Assembly (NCBI GenBank): GCA_963728205.1
Contig: CAVSIV010000006.1
Location: forward strand, 1,248,001 to 1,312,000
Direction: 5' to 3'
Length of the DNA stretch: 64,000 bases
DNA from: an uncultured Chloroflexia bacterium
GTDB lineage: Bacteria > Chloroflexota > Dehalococcoidia > UBA2979
The stretch's first letter is position 1. Each line of letters opens with the position of its first letter. Under the pieces are notes generated by a model that was given only the letters and a program-made list of their open reading frames with translations, had not been told where the DNA came from and made no database searches. The translations under genes and the position numbers were made by a program. Positions 37,586 through 46,046 of the stretch are shown one piece after another.

Positions 37586-38380
37586 GTGAACCGATCGTCC
37601 GACGCGCCCTCCGATCCGTTCGCCGCGGTGGCCGGGTTCTATGACCTCGATCTCGACGGCTTCGATGCCGACGTCGCGCTCTACGAGCGCCTGTCCGACG
37701 CCGGCTGGCGGAGCGTGCTCGAGCTCGGGTGCGGGACCGGCCGCGTCGCGGCCGCGCTCGGGCGCGCGGGGCTCGCGGTCACCGGCGTCGACGTGAGCGC
37801 CGCGATGCTCAACGCCGCGCGCGAGCGCGTCGGCGGGCTGCCGGTGCGGCTCGTGGCCGGTGACATGCGAACGCTCGCGCTCGGCGAGCGCTTCGACGCC
37901 GTGATCGTGCCGCTCGGCGGGCTGCAGCACCTGGAGAGCGTCGACGACCTGGTCGCGACGCTGGGGGTGGTAGCGGGGCACCTCGCGCCGGAAGGGCTCG
38001 CCGTGATCGACGTCGAGGCGCCGAACGCCGACGACTTCACGCCGGGGACGCAGGCGCTCGTCGAGCACTGGACGCGCCGGCGCGACGACGGTGCGCAGGT
38101 GACGAAGCTCGTCACCGTCGACGCGCGCCCGGCGGAGGGCATGCGCGACGTGACGTGGCACTTCGACGTGCAGCCGCCGGAGGGCGCGCTGCGCCGCGTG
38201 ACGGAGCGGTTCGCGTTGCGCACCTACACCGCCGCCGAGATCGATCTCGCCGCGCGGCTCGCCGGGCTCGCGATGACGGGCGCGTTCGGCGGCTACGACC
38301 TCGAGCCGTACGACGACGCGTCGGAGCGGCTGATCGTGACGCTGGAGCACGCTGAAGACGGCGCGGAGGACGGCGCGTGA
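37586..38380 (+). CDS. Class I SAM-dependent methyltransferase
   Basis: VLELGCGTGRV, GVDVSAAML, GDMR; start approximate. Confidence 0.88.
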   Translation: MNRSSDAPSDPFAAVAGFYDLDLDGFDADVALYERLSDAGWRSVLELGCGTGRVAAALGRAGLAVTGVDVSAAMLNAARERVGGLPVRLVAGDMRTLALGERFDAVIVPLGGLQHLESVDDLVATLGVVAGHLAPEGLAVIDVEAPNADDFTPGTQALVEHWTRRRDDGAQVTKLVTVDARPAEGMRDVTWHFDVQPPEGALRRVTERFALRTYTAAEIDLAARLAGLAMTGAFGGYDLEPYDDASERLIVTLEHAEDGAEDGA

Positions 38381-39432
38381 CGGTCGTCGCGCTCGACGGC
38401 ATGGGCGGCGACTTCGCGCCGCAGGCGACGGTGGCGGGCGCGCTGCTCGCCGTCGCGGACGGCATCGGCGTGGCGATCGTCGGCGACGAGGCGACGCTGC
38501 GCGCGGAGATCGCGCGGCACGGCGGCGCGCCCGACGCGCTGCGCGTCGTGCACGCGCCGGAGGCGATCGCGATGGAGGCGCACGCCGTCGCCGAGGCGCG
38601 GCGGCGGCGCGGGTCGTCGCTGTCGGTCGGCGTCGAGCTCGTGAAGAGCGGCGGGGCCGGCGCGTTCGTCTCGATGGGCAACACCGGCGCGGCGATGGCG
38701 ACGGCGCTGATGACGCTCGGCCGCATCCGCGGCGTGGAGCGGCCGGCGCTGTGCGCGATCCTGCCGACGCCCGGCGGACCGACGCTGCTGCTCGACGCCG
38801 GGGCCAACGCCGAGGCGCGGCCGTCGCACCTCGTGCAGTTCGCGCACCTCGGGAGTTCGTACATGCGCACGCTGCACGGCATGGACGCGCCACGGGTGGG
38901 GCTGCTGTCGATCGGCGAGGAGGCGAGCAAGGGCTCCGCGCTCGTCGTGGAGGCGCACGCGCTGCTGGCGGCGGACGCGCGGCTGCGGTTCGCGGGGAAC
39001 GTCGAGGGGCGCGACGTGACGGCCGGGACGGTCGACATCGTCGTGACCGACGGGTTCACCGGCAACGTCGTGCTGAAGCTGCTCGAGGGCACGATCGGCA
39101 TGATGTTCGAGCAGCTGCGCGCGGCGGCGCGGTCGTCGGTGCGGTCGCGGCTCGGCGGCGCGCTGCTGCTGCCGGCGCTGGGGGCGCTGCGGTCGCAGTT
39201 CGACTACCGGCGGTATGGGGGCGTGCCGCTGCTGGGGGTGAACGGGGCGGTGTTCATCGGGCACGGCCGCAGCGACGCCGAGGCGGTGGCGAACGGGATC
39301 CGCACGGCGGCGCGGGCGGTCGACGGCGGGATGATGGCGGCGATGACGGCCGCGATCGGCGAGCTCGGTGCGCGGGGCGGCGGCTACGCCGGCGAGGGCG
39401 CATCCGGGTCGGCGTCGGGCAGCGGGGAGTAG
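38377..39432 (+). CDS. plsX: Phosphate acyltransferase
   Basis: ALDGMGGDFAP, GNTGA, LLDAGAN, GNVEG, VTDGFTGN, IGHGRS. Confidence 0.96.
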   Translation: MTVVALDGMGGDFAPQATVAGALLAVADGIGVAIVGDEATLRAEIARHGGAPDALRVVHAPEAIAMEAHAVAEARRRRGSSLSVGVELVKSGGAGAFVSMGNTGAAMATALMTLGRIRGVERPALCAILPTPGGPTLLLDAGANAEARPSHLVQFAHLGSSYMRTLHGMDAPRVGLLSIGEEASKGSALVVEAHALLAADARLRFAGNVEGRDVTAGTVDIVVTDGFTGNVVLKLLEGTIGMMFEQLRAAARSSVRSRLGGALLLPALGALRSQFDYRRYGGVPLLGVNGAVFIGHGRSDAEAVANGIRTAARAVDGGMMAAMTAAIGELGARGGGYAGEGASGSASGSGE

Positions 39433-39746
39433 GCGCCGACCTCGTCGGGGGCCGCGCCCATGCCGCCGGCGGAGGGCGCGAAGCGCCACCACAGCCGCAT
39501 GGCGTCGCGCAGGGCGTCGACCTCGCGCTGCGGGGTGGCGTTGCCGAGGCACGACCCGAGGTGGCTGTCGAGCACGAGGGCGCCGACCGTGTCGAGGCTC
39601 GAGCGCACGGCCATGAGCTGCGTGACGATGTCCTCGCAGGTGCGACCGGAGTCCAGCATCTTGGCGATGCCGCGGACCTGGCCCTCGATGCGGCGCAGGC
39701 GGGCGCGGAGCTGCTCGTTGGTGACGGGCTGATCGACGTAGCTCAT
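39384..39746 (-). CDS. csoR: CsoR/RcnR family metal/thiol-sensing repressor
   Basis: RLRRIEGQVRGI..M, C-x24-H-x3-C ligand set (CEDIVTQL...HLGSC). Confidence 0.88.
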   Translation of the reverse strand: MSYVDQPVTNEQLRARLRRIEGQVRGIAKMLDSGRTCEDIVTQLMAVRSSLDTVGALVLDSHLGSCLGNATPQREVDALRDAMRLWWRFAPSAGGMGAAPDEVGAYSPLPDADPDAPSPA

Positions 39747-39789
39747 GGGTGGGCTCCCGGGCTGGTGTTCTGCGGCGGGGCTGCGAGGG

Positions 39790-39818
39790 TTGACATACCC
39801 CACCGGGGTATCTATGAT
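39790..39818 (+). promoter_or_regulatory. trxA promoter with a CsoR-type operator in its spacer
   Basis: TTGACA-17 bp-TATGAT; operator ATACCCC-ACC-GGGGTAT at 39795-39811. Confidence 0.85.
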
Positions 39819-39843
39819 GCAACCAGTGGAGCCGCGGTGTCAA
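39814..39843 (-). promoter_or_regulatory. Divergent csoR promoter
   Basis: Minus strand TTGACA (39843-39838)-18 bp-CATCAT; predicted start falls inside the operator. Confidence 0.55.
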
Positions 39844-39982
39844 CCTGCGAAGCGGGTGGCAACGAAGTCTGCCCACTGACACACCAGGCCGAGCCGCGGG
39901 CGTTTTCCCGGAGCCGGCAGACCGCCGCCGCCGGCGCGTGCCGCGCGCGAGGCGGCGAGTTCCACCAGAGAGGACGCAGCCC

Positions 39983-40315
39983 ATGGCACACCCGACCGAC
40001 ACCAGCGACAGCACCTTCGAGACCGACGTCCTGAAGAACGACCAGCCCGTGCTCGTCGACTTCTGGGCGCCGTGGTGCGGCCCCTGCCGCATGGTCGCCC
40101 CGGTGGTCGAGGAGCTCTCGAGCGACTACGACGGCCGCGTGAAGTTCGTGAAGCTGAACACGGACGAGAACCCGCAGGTCGCGGGCAAGTACGGCATCCG
40201 GTCGATCCCGACGCTCCTGATCTTCAAGGGCGGCGAGCCGGTCGGCCAGGTCGTGGGCTTCCGCCCGAAGAGCGACCTGTCGAAGCGCCTGGACGAGGTG
40301 CTGACGAAGGCGTAA
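39983..40315 (+). CDS. trxA: Thioredoxin
   Basis: [21 protein letters not shown]. Confidence 0.97.
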   Translation: MAHPTDTSDSTFETDVLKNDQPVLVDFWAPWCGPCRMVAPVVEELSSDYDGRVKFVKLNTDENPQVAGKYGIRSIPTLLIFKGGEPVGQVVGFRPKSDLSKRLDEVLTKA

Positions 40316-40389
40316 TCCCGTGCTTGCCGCTCGCGCCGCGCGCTCGCTGGAGCGCGTGGGTGGCGCGAGGCGAGGCGCGCGGACTGAGA

Positions 40390-40425
40390 AAGAAGAAGGG
40401 CGGCCATGCGGCCGCCCTTCTTCTT
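40390..40425. terminator. Probable bidirectional terminator between trxA and the convergent FTR gene
   Basis: Perfect 16-bp stem AAGAAGAAGGGCGGCC-ATGC-GGCCGCCCTTCTTCTT with pyrimidine-rich tails on both strands. Confidence 0.75.
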
Positions 40426-40501
40426 GGCGCGCGGCAGGCGTCTGAGCCTGCCGTGCGTGGTCCGCGCACGCGACACGGCGGGCCTGGAGCCCGCCGCGCG
40501 C

Positions 40502-40963
40502 CTATTCGTCGGCGCGCGCGCCCTTGTTGATGGTGCGGCCCTGCTTCTCCTCGAGCCGGCCCAGGGCGCGGCCTTTGTCCGGGTGCGGGTCCTTGCGGAG
40601 GCCGTACGCCTCGCGGCCCTCGTGGTCCTCTGGCAGGTACTCGGTGACGGGAAGACCTTCCTCGTCGCAGAAGAGCAGTCAGTGGCAGAACTTCCACTTC
40701 TGCATCTCTTCGCAGGGGCAGATCCACTGCTTCTTGCGGATCTCCTCCTGCTTGTCCTCGAAGAACATGCACGGGCAGAGCGGCTTGCCGACCTCGTCGA
40801 TGTTCTTCGCGAGCCCGATCACCAGGAACTCGGTGATCTCGCGCTGCGGGTGCAGGTAGGAGCCGCTCTTCTCGGCGAAGTTCTCGACGAACTTCCACAT
40901 CCGCTGGATGTTCTTTTCGGAAGCCTGGGCCCGGTCGGCATCGGATGGCTGATCGATGGTCAC
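40502..40963 (-). CDS. Ferredoxin:thioredoxin reductase catalytic subunit, predicted selenoprotein (CHU), 153 aa
   Basis: CPC-x16-CPC-x8-CH[TGA] with TGA at 40681-40679; the frame continues LLFCDEEGLPVTEYLP... to TAG 40502; GGAGG RBS before GTG 40963. Confidence 0.9.
40638..40678 (-). promoter_or_regulatory. Bacterial SECIS-like hairpin
   Basis: Directly after UGA: GACG(A)GGAA-GGUC-UUCC-CGUC upper stem, plus a possible UGCUC/GAGUA lower stem. Confidence 0.8.
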
Positions 40964-41048
40964 GCCGCGCCTCCAATCCGCAGAGAGTCTCTGTGGGGCG
41001 GGCGAGGGAGCGCAAGTGCGCGGGGGACCCGGCTGCCGCCGCAGGTCT

Positions 41049-41072
41049 GTCGGCGGCATGCCTGCCGCCGCT
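41049..41072. repeat. REP-like palindrome copy 2
   Basis: GTCGGCGGCATGCCTGCCGCCGCT. Confidence 0.65.
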
Positions 41073-41100
41073 GTGGGTCGGCCGCACGATCCTGGGCGCG

Positions 41101-42231
41101 TTACCCGTGTAGCGCGGAGACGGCCGGGCGCGGCGGCTCGGGCGCGACGCCGTTGAGGACGTCGACGGCGCGAAACAGGTCGCCGACATCGTAGAAGTTC
41201 ACGGCGATGATGTTCGGTCGCGTGGCGTGCTCGTCCTCGCACTGGTGGGCGCGTGCGAGCAGGACGTCGAGCTGGTTGACCTGCGCCGCGTCGGCGCGGT
41301 CGGGCCGCCGCTTCGCGATCCAGTGGTTGAGGAGCAGCAGCGCGCTCGACGGCGCACCACGATTGACCGCGCAGGTGAAATCGGCGGTGCCGTGGAAGTC
41401 GTACGGCGTGTCCCACGCCTCGCTGTAGAGGTGGGTGTACCAGTCCGGCGGCGGCCCGGCGTGCTCGGCGCCGACGATGACGCGGCGGTGCCGCGCGATC
41501 AGCTCGCGCAGCGTCGGCCAGGGAGTGTTGGGCCGGTGGGCGTAGACGTCGTCGATGAGCCCGCTGGCGCGGAAGGCAGACTCGGTGTCGGCGGGGCTGA
41601 CGGCGTCCTGGAGGTCGAGGATGAGGACCTCGTCGTGATGGGTGGCGAGGAAGGCGCGGATGTCGCGGAGGGTGTCGACGAACGGCGTCGCGCCGAGCGT
41701 GCAGACGACGTGGCAGAGATACACGCCGGCGGGCGGGGCGGCGAGCGCCTGGCGGTCCGCGATGGCGGAGCGGTCGGCCGGCGCGAGCGATGCGGCGAAC
41801 CGTACGTAGTCGTCGGGGCGCTCCCAGTAGTGCGTGTCGAGGAGCAGCGCGCGCACGCCGTCCTGGAGCTGACGCGGCACCGCGTAGTCCTGGTTGGGCC
41901 AGGTGAAGCCGAGCGCGGCGGCGGCCATCGCGTTGTGCGTGCCGGCGAAGACGACCTGGTCGACGCGGCGGTCACAGAGCTCGGCGAAGCCGTTGCAGCG
42001 AAGCGGTGGCGGGCCGTCGGCGATCGTGAGCGCGCGGGACGCGGCACGCGGATTGGGACGCGCGGCCGCGGCCGAGGGCGCGCAGGTGCGAGCGGCGGCC
42101 GGGCGGCAGCCGGAGCGCGTGCCGGTGACGGGCGTGGCAGCGGAGGCCAGAGCGCCGACGGCCGCGAGTAGTGCGACGACGACGGCGCGGCGCGGGGTGC
42201 GGGAGAGACGCCGGCCCAGCGCCTCGAACAT
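41101..42231 (-). CDS. Secreted PLC-like phosphodiesterase (PI-PLC X domain-like)
   Basis: Signal peptide; CNG..ELCDR, GTHNA, QLQDGVRALLLD, YLCH, PNIIAVNFY. Confidence 0.8.
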   Translation of the reverse strand: MFEALGRRLSRTPRRAVVVALLAAVGALASAATPVTGTRSGCRPAAARTCAPSAAAARPNPRAASRALTIADGPPPLRCNGFAELCDRRVDQVVFAGTHNAMAAAALGFTWPNQDYAVPRQLQDGVRALLLDTHYWERPDDYVRFAASLAPADRSAIADRQALAAPPAGVYLCHVVCTLGATPFVDTLRDIRAFLATHHDEVLILDLQDAVSPADTESAFRASGLIDDVYAHRPNTPWPTLRELIARHRRVIVGAEHAGPPPDWYTHLYSEAWDTPYDFHGTADFTCAVNRGAPSSALLLLNHWIAKRRPDRADAAQVNQLDVLLARAHQCEDEHATRPNIIAVNFYDVGDLFRAVDVLNGVAPEPPRPAVSALHG

Positions 42232-42417
42232 CTGTGACTCGCCCCCGGTGCGAGGATGATCGTGATCGACGGTTGGCGGCGCGCATCGTAGCCGCTTGCC
42301 GCCCGGCGGGTGAGCGGCGGTTCGGCGGAGCGACGCGGAGCGGATCGACGAGCGCGGGCGGGGCGAATGGCGGGCGGCCGGCCGGCGGGCGATGGCCCGC
42401 GCGACCGGCCGGTGTGT

Positions 42418-42579
42418 CTAGCGCGAGTCGCCGTCGTGGTCGACGTCGCCGCGCGCCTGCGCGCTGAGCGTGATTCGGTCCTGGGCCGGCGGACGCGCGG
42501 CCGGACCGGCGGCCTGCGGCTGGGGAGCGGCCTGGGCACCGTAGGTGCGTGCTGCGCTCGAGATGGCTCCGACGTTCAA
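42418..42579 (-). CDS. Small hypothetical protein, 53 aa
   Basis: AGGAG RBS and TTG start; ends QDRITLSAQARGDVDHDGDSR. Confidence 0.6.
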   Translation of the reverse strand: MNVGAISSAARTYGAQAAPQPQAAGPAARPPAQDRITLSAQARGDVDHDGDSR

Positions 42580-42877
42580 GGTGGATCTCCTGTCGCCCGT
42601 GGGGAACGGCCGGGCGACGCCGTGCGGCGAGGCCCTCACTGCGGTGATCCTCGACGGCTCCCGGCGGGACGGCAGGGCACGGGGCTGCGTCTTCGCGCAG
42701 GGTTGTCGTGCGCGGCAGCGCGGCGGGTGTGGCCGGCTGGCTGGCGACCATGCGCCGTTCCGCGATCGTGGCCGCCGACTGCGGCGAGACGGCCACTCCA
42801 GGGCTCGCCGCCGCTCGCCGCCGTCACGGCGGCCGTTGAGGGGCGCCCTCGCCACGCTTGCCCCGGTCGTTCGCCGG

Positions 42878-43768
42878 CTACACGAAGATCGACGCCGTCA
42901 GGCAGTGGAGCGATCCGCCGAGGTGGCGGGTTGGCGAGGCGATGAACGACGGCCGAAATCCGTGCCCCCGCAGGGCGGCTTCGACCGTCCGCCGATCGTC
43001 GGGTGGTGTGATGTCGTAGGTCGGCACGAGCACCCGGTTCCCGATCTGGACCCAGTTCAGGGGGCTCGCGTAGCCGTCTTCGTCCGCGCGCAGCGGGAGC
43101 CGGATGATCTCGACCGCGGGGAGCGTGGTCCGCACGAGCGCCTCGATCGCGAGGCTCACGTGCTGGTCGGCGGCGTCCTCCGGCCAGGCGACCGCGGCGA
43201 GGTTCGCGCAGAGGAAGCGCACGTACACGTCCGCGTGCCCGCTCGGCTCGCGCGCGAACGGTGGAAACACGAGCCAGCGCCGGATGCCGAGGCCGGCCGC
43301 GTGGCCGTCGAGCGCCGTCCCGTCGAGCCCGTTGTCGACGAGGGCCGTCGCCGACGACAGCGCGACGCCGGCAGGGCCGGCGACGACGTTGCCGTGCGCG
43401 AGCACGAGCGCGCCCCGTTTCGCCTCCCGTGCGCTGACAGCCGCGAACAGGCGATCGTCGGCTGCGCGCCCGAAGTCCGGCAGACGGGGCAGCACCCAGC
43501 GGACCTCGCCCGTCGCGTCGCGCAGCGCGATCGGCGAGCGGTCGCGAATCCACGGCGTGTCGTATGCCGCGCCGACGATCGAGAACCGGTCCGGGTGGGC
43601 CTGCTCCCGGACGAAGGCCTTCGCCCGGTCCGGATCGGGCGTGACGAGAATCACCCCGATGTCCCCGGATGCCTCCACAGCGACACGCCGGAACAGCGGC
43701 AGCAGCTCCGTCTCCGCGAACGGGACCATGAGTGCTGCCGGCTCCGCGTAGTCGGGCACGATCCGCAT
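42878..43768 (-). CDS. Agmatine/peptidylarginine deiminase family protein
   Basis: TPWIRD, GHADVYVRF, YASPLN, GGSLHCLT catalytic Cys motif. Confidence 0.85.
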   Translation of the reverse strand: MRIVPDYAEPAALMVPFAETELLPLFRRVAVEASGDIGVILVTPDPDRAKAFVREQAHPDRFSIVGAAYDTPWIRDRSPIALRDATGEVRWVLPRLPDFGRAADDRLFAAVSAREAKRGALVLAHGNVVAGPAGVALSSATALVDNGLDGTALDGHAAGLGIRRWLVFPPFAREPSGHADVYVRFLCANLAAVAWPEDAADQHVSLAIEALVRTTLPAVEIIRLPLRADEDGYASPLNWVQIGNRVLVPTYDITPPDDRRTVEAALRGHGFRPSFIASPTRHLGGSLHCLTASIFV

Positions 43769-43840
43769 GGCCGCCGTCGCACCCCCCGCCCGTGTCTCCT
43801 GCGACCGTCGACTCGACCAGGTCGGCCGCCTCCCGGCGCA

Positions 43841-44284
43841 TCAGCCCGCTGAGATCGTCACGTCCGTGCACCAGCGGATCACGGTCGTCGGGTCGCCCGA
43901 CTTCCGGACGAGCGCCGTCGCGCAGGCAGTCGCGTCGTCCCCGGGCGCGACCGTTCCGTGGCCCACGGTCTCGGTCACGACCTCCCAGGCCTCGCCCGCG
44001 AGCGTCGAGCACGGCAACACCTCGCGACCCATCGCGATGGCGCGCGAGTCGTGATCGGTGAGCTTGACGTGCATCGCGACGGTGGCCCCGTCCGGGCACC
44101 AGCCCGCCGGCCCGCCCACGGCGACCGACCGCGCATCGAGGGCCGCGGCGCTGGCGATGCCCCATCGGCCCGGGTGGCGCTGCGCGGCCTGCACCGTCGG
44201 GCCGACGAGGCCGGCGACGGGCATCGACACGAACGCCGCGGTTGCCACAGCCAGGCTCGCTGCAATGCGCTTCGCTCTATTCAC
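43841..44284 (-). CDS. Secreted 4-Cys protein, paralog A
   Basis: Signal peptide, GGAGGGGGAG RBS, four Cys; similar to 53448-53885. Confidence 0.75.
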   Translation of the reverse strand: MNRAKRIAASLAVATAAFVSMPVAGLVGPTVQAAQRHPGRWGIASAAALDARSVAVGGPAGWCPDGATVAMHVKLTDHDSRAIAMGREVLPCSTLAGEAWEVVTETVGHGTVAPGDDATACATALVRKSGDPTTVIRWCTDVTISAG

Positions 44285-44332
44285 GGTGCTCCCCCTCCGA
44301 CGTCGCCGCCATTTCTCTACGGCGGTCCGCCG

Positions 44333-44378
44333 ACCCTAGAGAATCGTCACGCGGCGGGGCATCGGACGTTTGTCCGAT
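44333..44378 (-). promoter_or_regulatory. Palindromic operator and -10 element, copy A
   Basis: ATCGGAC-AAAC-GTCCGAT (44378-44361), 22 nt, then TAGGGT. Confidence 0.7.
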
Positions 44379-44599
44379 CTGCGCCGTGCCACGGGACCTT
44401 CGCTGTAGGGACACGTCGTCTATCCTCGCCGCTCGTACAGCGCTGGAGGGGTGCGGGAGGTACGGGCGGGCTGCTGTCAGTCGGCGATCGAGCGATGGAG
44501 CCGAGGCGAGACCGTCAGATTGCATGAGCGATCGGCCGGCGGGCGCGAGATACTGGCCGTTGCTCAGGCTGTGCCACCCGCGCTGTCCGACGATCGCGA

Positions 44600-44696
44600 G
44601 GGAGTGGATGTTGTCCGGTGATGGCCGCGGTCTTCAAAACCGTTGCGGGGCTACGTCGTAGTCCTGGGTGGGTTCGACTCCCACGCACTCCCGCCA
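44600..44696 (+). tRNA. selC: tRNA-Sec (anticodon TCA)
   Basis: GGGAGTG/CACTCCC acceptor ending GCCA, 6-bp D stem with 4-nt loop, CT-TCA-AA anticodon loop (44634-44636), long variable arm, GTGGG-TTCGACT-CCCAC T arm. Confidence 0.96.
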
Positions 44697-44820
44697 GATC
44701 GCAAGGTCGCGCGTTCGCCACGGAGCGCGCGCGTGCGCGCGCGATCTCGCGATTCTGCGCAGCCCACTCAACGACTGGCTGAGCGCCGAGCAGCCTCGGA
44801 TCGGGCCGATCCGCGCTGAG

Positions 44821-44852
44821 TTGCCACCCATTTGCCACCCGCCTTGGTGGCA
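44821..44852. repeat. TTGCCACCC x2 direct plus one inverted half, possible integrase arm-type sites
   Basis: TTGCCACCC-AT-TTGCCACCC...GGTGGCA, 125 bp after the selC 3' end. Confidence 0.45.
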
Positions 44853-44890
44853 GTCGATGGACCGAACGGCACCCGGCGGCACGAGATCGC

Positions 44891-45882
44891 ATGGACGCCG
44901 TTGTTGCGACGGTCGGCGGGATCAACCGACGGAAGGCACCTCGCGCCGAGCGGCCTTCACGCCCCGCGCTCACGGCAGGCCCCCGTTCGCGGGGTCTGCC
45001 TCGTACACCCGACGTGCAATGCGTAGCGGTCGCACCGGTAACACCGACTCCAACGCAGACCCCGATAGCGACGGTTCCATCGACTCCGGTTCCGACCTCA
45101 GTCCCTCCAACTGCAACGCCGACCCAGGCCACCCCGGCCTCAACGCCCTCGCCGCTCTACGTCCCCATCGCGCCCACTACGCTCTATGTCAGCAACGCCA
45201 CTTCGACCGGCTATGTTTCCACCTCGTCGGGCGCGGCCCTGGTGCCGGCTTATGCGACGTGCTCGTTTGCTGACGCCTCACTCGGGTTCGGATACCCGGA
45301 CGGACGCAGCTGGTAGAGACGGGGAAGGGCGTCGGCGTCTGTGACGGCTGGTATTGGTTCGCATCCACACGGGGTAACTTCTGGATCTCCCTCCTCACCC
45401 TTTCGTCGCAGCCCCTTGCGTCACCCGCTCCGACAGCGTCCGCGTTGGTCGTCCAGACCTGCATCGACGGTGAGTTCGACGGCTGGGAGGGAGATACGGC
45501 CTTTCTCCTGTGCAAGGGTGACGTTGTTGTGCAGACGGACGGCAAGTACACGTACCACTACGCGTATCGGCCCGCCGTCACGCTCGTGAGCAGCGGTACG
45601 ACGTGGATCATGTCCGTCGAAGGCATTTCCGACACGATCTCGGTCGTGCCGGTCTCCGGCTTCGAGACATGCATGAGTGGGGAGTTCAAGGAGTTCGAGC
45701 ACGGAGCTGTTTTCCCGCTTTGCAATGGGCAGGCCTGGCAGCAGACTGACTACCAGATCTCGCTCGCGCTCGCCCTGGGGCCGCGTGTGCTCGTCTACCG
45801 GAGCCCGTACGGGGGCGGCTACCTGATGAAGGTGCTGCTTTCGACCTCGCCGCGCGCGGTGAGAGTCTCGCGCATCAGGTGA
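44891..45882 (+). pseudogene. Truncated/frameshifted surface protein: Pro/Thr linker plus two tandem small beta domains
   Basis: PT-rich linker; adding one base near 45303 joins GYPDG to TQLVETG...; repeated C.SGEF/C.DGEF...QTD units; no clear 5' end. Confidence 0.6.
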
Positions 45883-46046
45883 CGTGCGGTTCGAGCGCGA
45901 TGCAACGAAATCAAAGCCGCGCCGACGAGGTTCTGTTGCCAGACCTCGATGCGACGGTGGCGATGCACTATGAGGCGATCGTCGCTGAGGCAGCGACCAG
46001 GCCACCTGGATCTCCACTGTCCGCCGTTTGTCGGTAGTTTGTCGTC

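Noticed and set aside
39384-39432. 49-nt convergent overlap of plsX and csoR
   Set aside because: Both tails are low-complexity; such overlaps are common in GC-rich genomes
40679-41416. ORF-track 245-aa ORF ending at TGA 40679
   Set aside because: Its N-terminal part is off-frame overlap with the PLC gene; the real gene starts at GTG 40963 and most likely reads through the TGA
44600-44696. G-G opposition at the 8th acceptor pair of tRNA-Sec as a novel fold
   Set aside because: Spacing still fits the 8/5 bacterial tRNA-Sec layout; one mismatch is not enough to claim a new structure
45314-45316. In-frame TAG as pyrrolysine or read-through
   Set aside because: The coding sequence continues in a different frame, so a frameshift explains it
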